Assembly (NCBI RefSeq): GCF_017545445.1
Contig: NZ_JAFWOM010000133.1
Location: 54,120-118,119 of the forward strand
DNA from: Fibrobacter sp.
Lineage (GTDB): Bacteria > Fibrobacterota > Fibrobacteria > Fibrobacterales > Fibrobacteraceae
Direction: 5' to 3'
Length of the DNA: 64,000 bases
This document shows, piece after piece, positions 28,085-37,994 of the stretch. How positions within the stretch are numbered: the first letter of the stretch is position 1; the number at the start of each line of letters is the position of its first letter. A program made the translations under genes and the position numbers. Below the pieces are notes generated by a model. The model saw only the letters and a program-made list of their open reading frames with translations, searched no databases and was not told where the DNA came from.

Positions 28085-28981
28085 TTATTCCTTTTTCTCG
28101 CGGAAGGCTTTGGGCGTCATCCCTGTCATGCGTTTGAAAAATTTTCCGAAGAAACTGACATCAATAAAGTTTAGCTCGTTTGAAATTTCTTGAATGTCTT
28201 TTTGCGATGACTGCAAAAGGACTTTTGCGTCTAGGGCGATGTATTCATCAATCCATTGTTTTGCGCCTTTGCCGCTCATTTCTTCAATGACCGTAGAAAG
28301 ATATTTTGGAGTGACGAAAAGTTCGTCAGCGTAATGTTTGACGCTGTGGTTTTCGCGGTGTTCTTCTTCGACTTTTTGCAAGAAGGCGTTGAGCAAAGCT
28401 TTCTTGCGGTTGGATCCTTGCGGTTCAATATTTTTTTCGGTTAGAATATCGAGGCATTCGAAGGCGGTGGATATTACAAGATTTTTGATAATTTGATAGT
28501 GGTAGCGGTTGTCTTTGGTGACTTTTATTTTTTCTTGTATGTGCCTGAACGATTTTTTTATTTGTTCAAAATCTTCACCATCCCTTTTCTGGAATGATGA
28601 TTGCTTTGCATGTTGAAAAAGTTGTAAGCTATCTTTGACTTGAGACATTAAGTCGTTCATCATGTCCATTGAACACGCTATACACAATGGTTTAATATCA
28701 TCGCTTATACTAATAACATGAATGATTTGCCCAGGAAACGCGACAAAAATACAGCCTTTTTCCAACTCGTATGTTGTTGTGTTTACTTCGATTGTGCTGT
28801 GGCCTTTTTCAATTAAAAATAATGCAAGACCTTGTAGGTAAAAATAGCCAGATGTGTCTAGCCCTTCAATGTTTTCAAAAAAGACAATTTTCCCAGGAAC
28901 AGTGTTTGACTGCTTCAAAAAATCTAATAGGGAAAGGTCGGCTTTCTTTATGTTATTTGCGTTTGTGGGCTTTCTTTTCAT
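28085..28981 (-). CDS. AraC family transcriptional regulator
   Basis: YADELFVTPKYLS, FGKFFKRMTGMTP. Confidence 0.93.
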   Translation of the reverse strand: MKRKPTNANNIKKADLSLLDFLKQSNTVPGKIVFFENIEGLDTSGYFYLQGLALFLIEKGHSTIEVNTTTYELEKGCIFVAFPGQIIHVISISDDIKPLCIACSMDMMNDLMSQVKDSLQLFQHAKQSSFQKRDGEDFEQIKKSFRHIQEKIKVTKDNRYHYQIIKNLVISTAFECLDILTEKNIEPQGSNRKKALLNAFLQKVEEEHRENHSVKHYADELFVTPKYLSTVIEEMSGKGAKQWIDEYIALDAKVLLQSSQKDIQEISNELNFIDVSFFGKFFKRMTGMTPKAFREKKE

Positions 28982-29136
28982 AAAATCGAATAATGAATGT
29001 TAAAAATTGCTCCTAGTAAAAATTACCTCAATTTTTCCTAAATAAGCACTAAAAAGTGCAAATTATGGTAAAAATTTCTGTTTTTAGCGAAATTTTAACC
29101 TTATAATTGGCGGGCCTAAATCATATTTTTAAAAGT

Positions 29137-30195
29137 ATGAATACGAAATTGTATATACTTCCCTTTTTGATTTTGTCTCTTGTTGCTTGCGAAAGTGATT
29201 TTAATTCTCGCAACGACAAGAAAATCGCACAGAAAAAAATGCCAATAGTTAAAGTCGAAACTATTGTTGCTAAGAATTCAAATGTCGGCAGTTCGTTGCG
29301 TTACGCGGGTTCTATAGCCGAAGTCGCGACAACGATGGTAAGCTTTTCTTCGCCGGGGACGGTGAAGTCTGTGCGTGTGACCGAAGGCAAAAAGGTGAAC
29401 AAGGGTGCGCTTGTGGCGACCTTGGATGATACATCTGCAAAGAGTGCCTTGGAGATTGCCTCTGCTTTGAAAAATCAGGCGGAAGATGCTCGCGCCCGTA
29501 TGGAAAAGTTGCATCAGAACAAGACTATCTCTGAAATCCAATGGATGGATGTCGAAAGTAAATACAGACAGGCGATTGCTGCGGAGAAACTTGCGCAAAA
29601 GGCGCTGGATGATTGCAAACTTTACGCCCCTGCAACGGGAATTGTTGCGGGCAAATCGCTTGAAGTCGGGCAGAATGTGGTGCCGAGCGCTCCTGTGTTT
29701 CGCATCGTGAATATCGCGACGGTTAAGGCGGTTGTTGCCGTTCCTGAAAAAGATGTGGCTTCGCTTAATGTGGGCGATAAGGTTGAAGTTCGCGTCGGTG
29801 CGCTTGGCGATAAAGCTTTTGAAGGGAAGATTACAAATAAGGGGATTTCTGCAAACCCGCTTTCGCGTTCTTACCAAATCGAAGCTGAGCTGAAAAATAA
29901 GAGCGGCGAACTTTTGCCGGGAATGCTTTTGGAAATGTCCATTGATAGCAAAAATTCTGTGACGGGTGTTGAACTCCCCGCATCTGCGGTGCTTTTGGAT
30001 GAATACAATCGTTCTTTTGTTTGGGTCGTCCGTGGTGGAAAAACGATGAGAAAAAATGTTGAAACCTCTCTAGGAAATGGTTCACAGCTTTTGGTGCAGG
30101 GAATTGACGATGGTGATTCCGTTGTGGTAAAGGGAATGTCCAAGGTGGGCGAGGGTGACCGAGTTCAAACGGCAAATCAGGCTGTTGCTCGATAG
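29137..30195 (+). CDS. RND efflux periplasmic adaptor
   Basis: Lipobox LVAC, LYAPATG, LLPGM. Confidence 0.92.
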   Translation: MNTKLYILPFLILSLVACESDFNSRNDKKIAQKKMPIVKVETIVAKNSNVGSSLRYAGSIAEVATTMVSFSSPGTVKSVRVTEGKKVNKGALVATLDDTSAKSALEIASALKNQAEDARARMEKLHQNKTISEIQWMDVESKYRQAIAAEKLAQKALDDCKLYAPATGIVAGKSLEVGQNVVPSAPVFRIVNIATVKAVVAVPEKDVASLNVGDKVEVRVGALGDKAFEGKITNKGISANPLSRSYQIEAELKNKSGELLPGMLLEMSIDSKNSVTGVELPASAVLLDEYNRSFVWVVRGGKTMRKNVETSLGNGSQLLVQGIDDGDSVVVKGMSKVGEGDRVQTANQAVAR

Positions 30196-30204
30196 GGGAA
30201 TTCT

Positions 30205-33200
30205 ATGAAAAAGAAACGTTCCTTTGTTGAAACCGCCATGCGCTATCGCGGCATTGTGTTTATGCTCTGCTGCATTTTGGTGCTATTTGGCGTTTATGGC
30301 CTTTCTGCTAACCGAAAAAATGAGTTCCCTGAATTTACGGTGCGTCAGGGTGTTGTGATTGCGGTTTATCCCGGTGCAACTGTAAAAGAAGTGGAAGACC
30401 GTGTTACGAAACCGCTTGAAGATTACATCTTCACTTATGGCGATGTCAAAAAAAGCAAAACGACTTCTATGACTCGCGATGGCATGGTGATTGTTCAGGT
30501 GGCGCTTGAAGATTACGTGTATGACAAAGATGGATTTTGGAGTCGCTTTAAGCATGGCGTTTCGCAGTTCAAGTCGAGTTTGCCTGCTGGAGTCCTTGCG
30601 ATAATCGTGATGGATGATTTTGGCGATGCTTCGTCGATGCTCTTGGCGATAGAAAGCAAGAATAAAACTTATCGTGAATTGGGTGAATATCTTGACGGAC
30701 TTGCGGATAACTTAAGACCGCTTGAAAGTGTCGGCCGCATTACGCGTTTTGGCGAACAGAAAGACCAGATTTCTATTTATCTGGATAACGAAAAACTTTC
30801 CCAATATGGGCTGGGTTACAAGTCGGTGACCGCGTTCCTTTCGGGGCAAGGCCTCGTGAATATTGCGGGAACCTTAAGGGACGGCGATTACAACCACCCG
30901 ATTTATGTGGAAAGCGGCGTGAATTCTTTAGAAAGTGTCCGCGAAACAATTGTCTTTAGTGCGCCTGACGGAAGTGTGGTTCGCTTGAAAGATGTAGCCC
31001 GTGTGGAACGCGAATATCCTGATCGTACAGCCTATATCGAAGTGAACGGCAACAAGTGCGTGATGCTTAGCATCGAAATGAAAAAAGGCCACGACATCGT
31101 GAAAATGGGCAAGGAAATAAAACAGGTGCTTTCGGAATTTGAAAGCAGCTTGCCTGAAGAAGTCAAGATGTTCCGCATTACGGACCAGACGGAAGTTGTC
31201 GGCAAAAGTATTGATGACTTTTTGAGAGAAATCTTGGTTGCCGTATTGGCGGTTATTATTGTGGTTGTTCTGTTGCAACCTTTCAAGGTGGCATTGATTG
31301 CGGCTTCGACTATTCCAATATCCATTTTCATTTCGCTTGGGCTTTTCTTTGGCCTCGGCTACGAAATAAACGGTGTGACGCTTGCAGCCTTGATGGTGTC
31401 GCTGGGAATGATTGTAGATAATTCCATCGTGATATTGGATGATTATCAAGAACGAATTTATGGTTCCGGTACACGCTGGAGAGCGGCGGAACATAGCGCC
31501 GTTCATTTCTTGAAATCGATTTTTTCGGCTACGCTCGCCATAAGCATTACCTTCTTCCCGTTCTTGGTGACGATGAATGGAATGTTTAGCGATTTTGTGA
31601 CAACATTCCCGTGGGCGGTGACTATCGTTCTTTCGATTTCTTTGCTCGTGGCGATATTTATTGTTCCCTATTTGCAATTTGCTTTCTTAAAACCGAAAAC
31701 AAAAAAGAAGAGCAAGTATTCTTTTGAGAGCGTCTCGAACTTTATCTATGAACGCGTTTTGAGAACTTGTTTCAGGTTCCCCAAATTGACCATTCTTGTG
31801 GCGGTTATTTGTGTTGTCTTGGGCGCGGTTATGATTATTTCTCGCCCCATAAAACTCATGCCGATTGCGGAACGCAATCAGTTCTCTGTGGAATTTTATT
31901 TGCCGAACGGGACTTCAATTAATCAGACTTCTGCCGTGGCGGATAGCATGAAGTGTATCTTGGAAAAAGATCCGAGAGTCACCTACATTACGACATTCAA
32001 GGGAATGTCTTCGCCGCGTTTTCATATGACTTATGCACCGCAATTTGCCGGTGAAAATTTTGCGCAGTTTATCGTAAATACCGAAAGTGCTCATGCTACA
32101 GAAGAGATTATCAAGGAGTATTCGGAAAAATATGTAGATCATTTTGCAAATGTATTTGTGCGCTTTAAACAGCTCAGCTTTAGCGATGCCGCATCGCCAA
32201 TAGAAATTAGAATTTCTGATGGAACGGATGAAAGTCGTAAAGTTGCAAGTGATAAGGTGAAAAATTATTTGCGGAGTCTCCCGGGAGTTTATCTTGTTCG
32301 CAGTTCTTATGGAGAACCCTTGAGCGGCATTAAGGTTTCGCTTGATGAGAACGCTTCAAAGCTTGGGGTGAACCAGTTTTCTGTCGAGGCGATGCTTGCT
32401 TCTCGCTACAATGCCGGATTCCCGATTGCCACTCTTTGGGAAGGCAATAGAAATGTTCCTGTAGTGCTTAAGGGAACGCATGCTGATTCTGCTAGTTTCT
32501 CGGATCTTGAAAATGAAAAGATTGCAACTTATGGTGGACTATCCAATGCACCGCTCCGCCAGATTGCAAAGTTCTCGCCTGTGTTTAACGAGGGGTCTCG
32601 CGATAGAAGAAACGGCCTCCCGACGGTGACGATTTCTGCCGAAGTTTCGTCTGGCGTCAGTGCGAATGACCTTGCTTTAAAGCATCTTGATTCGCTGAAA
32701 AAGCTGACGGCTGACGATGGCGTTAAATTGGAGCTTGGTGGCGAAGCGGCTTCTGTTATCGAAACGCTTCCTGGCCTCCTTAAAGGTCTCGTCGTTGCGG
32801 TTGCCATGATGTTCCTTATTATGGTGTGGCACTTCCGTAGAATTCGTACGGCTCTTATGCTCTTCTCGTTATTGTCGCTTTCCACTTTCGGCACGGGCGT
32901 TGCTATGTGGATTATGGATTTGGACTTTACGATTACGGGTGTTCTTGGTATGGTGAGTCTGCTTGGAATTATGGTGCGTAACGGAATTATCATGATTGAC
33001 TATGCTGAGGAATTGAAGCGTGATGAGCATTTGGATTCTAAAAATGCCATCTACAATTCGGCACTTAGGCGTATGCGTCCGATATTCCTGACTTCGGCGG
33101 CGGCTTCTGCGGGAGTCTTACCTATGATGGTGAGTGGAGATGGTCTGTGGGTGCCTATGGCCATCATCATTTTCTGGGGAACGCTTGTGACGATGTGCTT

Positions 33201-33279
33201 GATTTTGACTGTGCTGCCCGTTGCTTATTGGGGTGTAAGTTGTATGAAGTTTAGACGCAGGAAAGTGATTAGTGGTTAG
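30205..33279 (+). CDS. AcrB/CusA-family RND permease
   Basis: 1024 aa, GMIVDNSIV, RMRPIFLT. Confidence 0.95.
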   Translation: MKKKRSFVETAMRYRGIVFMLCCILVLFGVYGLSANRKNEFPEFTVRQGVVIAVYPGATVKEVEDRVTKPLEDYIFTYGDVKKSKTTSMTRDGMVIVQVALEDYVYDKDGFWSRFKHGVSQFKSSLPAGVLAIIVMDDFGDASSMLLAIESKNKTYRELGEYLDGLADNLRPLESVGRITRFGEQKDQISIYLDNEKLSQYGLGYKSVTAFLSGQGLVNIAGTLRDGDYNHPIYVESGVNSLESVRETIVFSAPDGSVVRLKDVARVEREYPDRTAYIEVNGNKCVMLSIEMKKGHDIVKMGKEIKQVLSEFESSLPEEVKMFRITDQTEVVGKSIDDFLREILVAVLAVIIVVVLLQPFKVALIAASTIPISIFISLGLFFGLGYEINGVTLAALMVSLGMIVDNSIVILDDYQERIYGSGTRWRAAEHSAVHFLKSIFSATLAISITFFPFLVTMNGMFSDFVTTFPWAVTIVLSISLLVAIFIVPYLQFAFLKPKTKKKSKYSFESVSNFIYERVLRTCFRFPKLTILVAVICVVLGAVMIISRPIKLMPIAERNQFSVEFYLPNGTSINQTSAVADSMKCILEKDPRVTYITTFKGMSSPRFHMTYAPQFAGENFAQFIVNTESAHATEEIIKEYSEKYVDHFANVFVRFKQLSFSDAASPIEIRISDGTDESRKVASDKVKNYLRSLPGVYLVRSSYGEPLSGIKVSLDENASKLGVNQFSVEAMLASRYNAGFPIATLWEGNRNVPVVLKGTHADSASFSDLENEKIATYGGLSNAPLRQIAKFSPVFNEGSRDRRNGLPTVTISAEVSSGVSANDLALKHLDSLKKLTADDGVKLELGGEAASVIETLPGLLKGLVVAVAMMFLIMVWHFRRIRTALMLFSLLSLSTFGTGVAMWIMDLDFTITGVLGMVSLLGIMVRNGIIMIDYAEELKRDEHLDSKNAIYNSALRRMRPIFLTSAAASAGVLPMMVSGDGLWVPMAIIIFWGTLVTMCLILTVLPVAYWGVSCMKFRRRKVISG

Positions 33280-33397
33280 TGGTTGGTGATTAGTGATTAG
33301 GAAAAAGTAGGCGATAGGCAGTGGATGGTAAGAAGTAAACGTTCTTTTTGCGTCATTCTGAGGACCGAAGGGACGAAGAATCCAGGGAGTTTATAAA

Positions 33398-34750
33398 TTG
33401 AATAACATAATTATTGCTTTTCTTTTAGGCATTTCCGCTTCGTTTGCGGCGGATGTGTATACGCTTGATGATTGCTTGCGTATTGCACGCGAAAATAATG
33501 CGACTTTGAAGAGTGCGAAAGTGAATCGCCAAATGGCCGAAGAAACTGAAGGGAGTGCCTTCCCGGCGTATTTCCCGAAGGTGTTCGCTGGTGGTTTTGC
33601 CTTTATCTCAAACGATTTCTTGGTCAAACAGAAAATGGACTTGTCCAAAGAAATGGAAAGTGTCGGAGAGCAAGTAGCGCCGACCTTGTCGCAAGCAGGA
33701 ATTGATCCTTCTGTGCTTCAGGGGCTTCCATCGACATTCAATATGGGAATGGTCGATAAAGGAATTATCGGGCATTTGACTTTGATTCAGCCGATTTTTG
33801 TGGGCGGGCAAATTTACAACGGCAATCAACTTGCCAAAATTGGGACACGTGCTGCCAAATTGCAAGAAACACTTGCCGAAACGGAAATCCGCAAGAATAC
33901 GGAGACCTATTACTGGCTCATCGTTTCGCTTAAGGAAAAATTAAAAACGCTTGCCGAAGCGGAAAAACAGGTGGAGGCGATTCGGAGCGATGTGCAAATT
34001 GCCGTAGATGCCGGTGTCGCTGTGAAAAATGATTTGCTCCGTGTTGAACTCGAAAAGAAAAAACTGCAAAGCAATCGCCTGAAACTTGAAAACGGAATTT
34101 CGGTGGCGAAGCTCATGCTTGCAAGGCAAATGAACCGTGACAATGCTGACTTTGACCTTGCCGAGGCTGATCTTATTCAAATTACACCGCCTGAATCTTA
34201 CGCAATTTCTGCTGACGATGCTGTTGAACGCCGTGCCGAAAGCAAGCTGCTTGCCATCAGTCGCGAAGCTGCCGAAAAGGAACGCTCGATGGAACGCGGC
34301 AAGGTGCTGCCTACGGTTGCTGTGGGCGCGAGCCTTTTGTATCAAAACTTGCTTGATGACGATGCTGTAAATGGAGTGCTTTTTGCTTCGCTTACTGTGC
34401 CGATTTCGGATTGGTGGAGCAATAGCTATTCTATCGCGAAGCTTGATTTGAAGGCGAAAAAGGCGGCAATTGATGAAGTTGAAAACAAGAACTTGATTAA
34501 GGTGGATATTGACGCCAAATGGAATACGCTGAACGAATCCTTTAAGCAAATTGAAATCAGTCGCGATGCTATTGCCCAAGCCGAAGAAAACTTGCGTACA
34601 CAACGTGAATTCTACAATGCGGGTACGGCAACGCTCAGCAATCTGCTTGAAGCTGAAACATTACGCCAGCAGGCGACGGATTCTTACACTGAAGCCGTCA
34701 CTGGATATTACACGGCAGTCTGTGCATATTTGATTGCGACGGGCCGGTAA
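33398..34750 (+). CDS. TolC family outer-membrane channel
   Basis: Signal peptide, QPIFVGG, YNAG, operon position. Confidence 0.9.
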   Translation: MNNIIIAFLLGISASFAADVYTLDDCLRIARENNATLKSAKVNRQMAEETEGSAFPAYFPKVFAGGFAFISNDFLVKQKMDLSKEMESVGEQVAPTLSQAGIDPSVLQGLPSTFNMGMVDKGIIGHLTLIQPIFVGGQIYNGNQLAKIGTRAAKLQETLAETEIRKNTETYYWLIVSLKEKLKTLAEAEKQVEAIRSDVQIAVDAGVAVKNDLLRVELEKKKLQSNRLKLENGISVAKLMLARQMNRDNADFDLAEADLIQITPPESYAISADDAVERRAESKLLAISREAAEKERSMERGKVLPTVAVGASLLYQNLLDDDAVNGVLFASLTVPISDWWSNSYSIAKLDLKAKKAAIDEVENKNLIKVDIDAKWNTLNESFKQIEISRDAIAQAEENLRTQREFYNAGTATLSNLLEAETLRQQATDSYTEAVTGYYTAVCAYLIATGR

Positions 34751-34779
34751 ACGGAGCGGGAATGCGTTGGGTTATTCTT

Positions 34780-34883
34780 GTTTTCAGTGTAGTTTTTCAG
34801 TGTAGTCTTTTGTGTAGTTTTCTGTGTAGTTCTATCTGTAGCTTTTTGTGTAGTTTTATTATGTAGTCCTATCTGTAGTTTTT
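34780..34883. repeat. Degenerate 12-bp tandem repeat, 8 units with TGTAG core
   Basis: TGTAG at 34788, 34801, 34813, 34825, 34837, 34849, 34862, 34874. Confidence 0.85.
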
Positions 34884-35020
34884 AGGTCATGCTTACGTTT
34901 TCAATTCTCGTGTCGTATGAGTAGCTTGTGGCAAAGCCTGATGTATTTATTCAACGAAAACTTTTAGAAAGATAAACGGATGCCGAAATTTCGACATCCG
35001 CTTTGCGTTATGTTTTGCGT

Positions 35021-35422
35021 TTACTTGATGAATGCTTGAAGCAATTTCTTCGCGTCGTTGCCTGTGGCGAATCGCGTTTCGATAATCGTGCGGTATTCGA
35101 ATCCCGAGAATTGCTGCAAGTGAAAAGCTGCGAATTCATGGTCTCGCGAGTAGCAGAGATTCAGTTTCATGTTCCCGTTATCGCTTGTTTTGGGGCGACC
35201 ATTCTTTTGCAGGACGGCGTCGAGTTCAGCGGGGGAGGCTTCGAGAATTGCTTTTGCTTTTTGCCCTTCTGCGGGAGCGAATTCCAATGCGGTCCCTACG
35301 ACAGGAGAATTTGTCGGGGCGTAAGTGACTTTGGTTTTGAGGCCGAAAAAGGCTTTTTCGGTTTTGATATAAATTTGATTGAAGAGGGCTGTCGCCATCT
35401 CCATTTTGGAAATGTTTTCCAT
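35021..35422 (-). CDS. Hypothetical protein
   Basis: 133 aa ORF with purine-rich leader and downstream hairpin (34975-35003). Confidence 0.7.
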   Translation of the reverse strand: MENISKMEMATALFNQIYIKTEKAFFGLKTKVTYAPTNSPVVGTALEFAPAEGQKAKAILEASPAELDAVLQKNGRPKTSDNGNMKLNLCYSRDHEFAAFHLQQFSGFEYRTIIETRFATGNDAKKLLQAFIK

Positions 35423-35498
35423 GTTCTTTCTCTTTGTTAAAAGTTTAAATTTTGCCGCTTGTTTGTGCGGCGGAATGTGTATCGAGAGAAAGAACTTG

Positions 35499-35930
35499 TT
35501 AACAAAGTATTCGTTTTAATGTGAATACGTAATATTCTTTGGGAATTTGATATGCAAGGGGTGTCGGAAAGCCGTTATGTATTCCGATTGATGCAAAAAC
35601 TTTTTGAATAGTGTGCTTTGCACCCCATTTAAATGCTGCTGCATCGCGACCGCCAATTCCTTGAAAACCCGCATTCCGTAAAGTACGTGAAAGCGCCTGT
35701 TGCCCGGCTCTTCGCATGAGCAGAACGGCTTCTGATGAAACTTCTCGCGACAGAACATGTGACTTTTCGTGAGCGGCGTCTTGGTTGAATTTGGCATCGC
35801 TTAATTCGACGCTTGAGTTTAATTCAACATCGTAATCATAAACAAAAGACCCCTCAACAACGGCGGCGAGAATTGCAAAAAATGCCGCCGCAATCATCAA
35901 AAGGAAATTTTGTTTAATGGTTTTCATCAA
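35499..35930 (-). CDS. Hypothetical protein with N-terminal hydrophobic segment
   Basis: 143 aa ORF. Confidence 0.55.
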   Translation of the reverse strand: MMKTIKQNFLLMIAAAFFAILAAVVEGSFVYDYDVELNSSVELSDAKFNQDAAHEKSHVLSREVSSEAVLLMRRAGQQALSRTLRNAGFQGIGGRDAAAFKWGAKHTIQKVFASIGIHNGFPTPLAYQIPKEYYVFTLKRILC

Positions 35931-35974
35931 AGTTTAAAATAGAATTTTTATAAGGGCGAAGTTTCACATTTTTG

Positions 35975-37156
35975 TCAGCGTGAGTATTTAACCATCGCCG
36001 TCATCGCAAGATGCATCGCCATCGCGAACAGTGCCATGATGGCGATGTAGTCAAGCGTGAACAGCAGATAGCCGCGTTCCAAATCAAGGAAGAAGAACGG
36101 TTGCTGGAGCGTAAGGTATTTCCAGAGACCGCGAGCGACAAAGGTATAAATTCCATAAGCACCGAGAGCCGCGGCAATTCCTGTCGCAACACGACCTCTA
36201 ATAAAAAGCGATAAATGCAATCCGATGTGGAGCGAGACAAATACGAGATACCAGTGACTCGCAAGCATGTGGGCCGTACGTGCAAAACTTGCACCACTTT
36301 CAATACCGAGCCAAGTAAACACGTGATTCGAAAGCATCACACCGCTTATTATCAAGAACAGAACGCATCCGATAACGCCTGCGTTAATAACTGTCCGCAC
36401 GATTCGCAAGGCGTTGTATTTGCCCTTGAGAATTCCCTTGATCAACCAGTGTGCCTCTCCTTTTGCGCCGAGCACCATGCTTGTCGCGATATAGCCCGCA
36501 TACAGGGCGCAGCCTGCCACGACGAGAGGCTTGTCGCGGTTGTAGCTTGTGATGCTCATGGCCATGGCAGCGTTGGTCATGGAATGTCCCGAGGGCCAGC
36601 CGTAAAAGACGCCGCGCCTAAAAAATCCCCACTTGAAATCGCGGGAACGCTCGCCGCTGTTGAGTTTCGCGTCGGGGTGTTCGCGTGCCGAAATCGCCTT
36701 GAGGAAGTTGTTGTAGAGGAACGCTACGGCGGTGGCCTGCACGGCGACGGCACCGGTGTTGTTCAGCGTGTGGTTGTCGCTGAAAAAATACATGTATCCC
36801 GGAACAAGAATCGGGAAGAACGTCCCCATCATCATGCCGGGAGTGAATGCGATGCCGGTCACCAACTGGTCCTGACGGGCCGCAAAACGGGCAACTATCA
36901 AGTCGTTATTTTTCATTGAGAACTTGTACGTAAGCGCACCGCCGAGCATGTGGAATCCGAGCGGCCAGCCGAACGCACTCAGCAACATGTTTTGGCCCAG
37001 GTGATCGAACGGGGAAAGCTTCTGCGCGGTATCGACGGCGGCGGAGTCCGCGATTGTCGAATCAATCGTGGGCGTTTCGGCATGTGCGAAACCGGCAAAT
37101 GCCGTGAACAGCACAAGCACCAATATCTTTTTAAATTTCGCTAACGATTGTTTCAT
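35975..37156 (-). CDS. Chimeric PAP2 phosphatase / DUF4405-like membrane protein
   Basis: K..HP, PSGH and AHW PAP2 motifs, then GKY...ISG...H...HIGLH. Confidence 0.65.
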   Translation of the reverse strand: MKQSLAKFKKILVLVLFTAFAGFAHAETPTIDSTIADSAAVDTAQKLSPFDHLGQNMLLSAFGWPLGFHMLGGALTYKFSMKNNDLIVARFAARQDQLVTGIAFTPGMMMGTFFPILVPGYMYFFSDNHTLNNTGAVAVQATAVAFLYNNFLKAISAREHPDAKLNSGERSRDFKWGFFRRGVFYGWPSGHSMTNAAMAMSITSYNRDKPLVVAGCALYAGYIATSMVLGAKGEAHWLIKGILKGKYNALRIVRTVINAGVIGCVLFLIISGVMLSNHVFTWLGIESGASFARTAHMLASHWYLVFVSLHIGLHLSLFIRGRVATGIAAALGAYGIYTFVARGLWKYLTLQQPFFFLDLERGYLLFTLDYIAIMALFAMAMHLAMTAMVKYSR

Positions 37157-37280
37157 ATATCCATATAAAATATACAAACACTCTAGATTCATTTTTTTTG
37201 CTATTTTGACAAAATTTTACCCGTTCCGCAAGGATTTCAAAAGTTGTTCCGTCGGCCTTGCTGATTGCGCCGAATTTCAT

Positions 37281-37841
37281 CTATCGCTTAACACGCTTTA
37301 CGGAATGTTTTATCTTGCCTATGATAAAGTTCAGTTCCAGCGAGGATTCTGTTTCCGTTGTTTCTAAATCCGGCATAACAATGTTTGTGAGAATCTCTCC
37401 GAAATGCTGCATTTTCGAATGCTTTTCCTCCTTGTCGCCTTCTTTATGCAACTCCACAAGTTCTCTCTTGAGTTCTCGAACAACCGCAAAAGTCTCGATG
37501 ATGGCGAAAGTTGTGTTAATCGCCGTCTTGCTTTTTAAAATTGTCGCAAGCATATAGAGGCCTTTTTCTGTGAAAGCGTAGGGTAAAGATCTGCTTTTGG
37601 CCGAATAATTTGTGGACGAAATTTTCGTCCGCAAAATTTCAACTTCGTCCTTTGACAACTGGAACATATATGTCGAGGGAAACTTGTCAGGATTGTTCCT
37701 GACCGCCTCATTGATTCGCTTTGTCTCTACACCATATAACAAAGCGACATCGGCATCCAAAATGATTTTATGATTTCGAACGGATGCAATTCGGTCTGCC
37801 ACATTGCGCATTAAAATCGAAAACGTGTTTTCGTTATTCAT
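37281..37841 (-). CDS. ORF6N domain protein
   Basis: ILDADVALLYGVETKRINEAVRNN..FP..MFQL, PYAFTEKGLYML. Confidence 0.92.
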   Translation of the reverse strand: MNNENTFSILMRNVADRIASVRNHKIILDADVALLYGVETKRINEAVRNNPDKFPSTYMFQLSKDEVEILRTKISSTNYSAKSRSLPYAFTEKGLYMLATILKSKTAINTTFAIIETFAVVRELKRELVELHKEGDKEEKHSKMQHFGEILTNIVMPDLETTETESSLELNFIIGKIKHSVKRVKR

Positions 37842-37933
37842 CTTCTACTCCAATCCGCCTACAAGCAAAAAAAAGGCGGGGTAAAGTGTTCTCGATACAA
37901 ATATACATTCCTCGTGTGTCATATTATGACAAT
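37834..37933 (-). repeat. Shared leader copy A
   Basis: Near-identical to 39032-39130 and 40152-40244. Confidence 0.92.
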
Positions 37934-37994
37934 TTGAGAAAAAGGGCGAATTTTTTTGCATTTTATGACTTTTTGAACAAAAGGTCGCGTTTTT

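Noticed and set aside
29045-29060. Possible LexA box (gcactaaaaagtgc)
   Set aside because: Spacing does not fit the Fibrobacter LexA consensus as I recall it; single instance in the AraC/RND intergenic region.
34780-34883. Possible CRISPR array
   Set aside because: Units are 12-13 bp with no unique spacers and no cas genes nearby.
37609-37635. Link between the ORF6N palindrome (GTGGAC...GTCC) and the mannan operator
   Set aside because: Different spacing and centre parity; likely coincidence.
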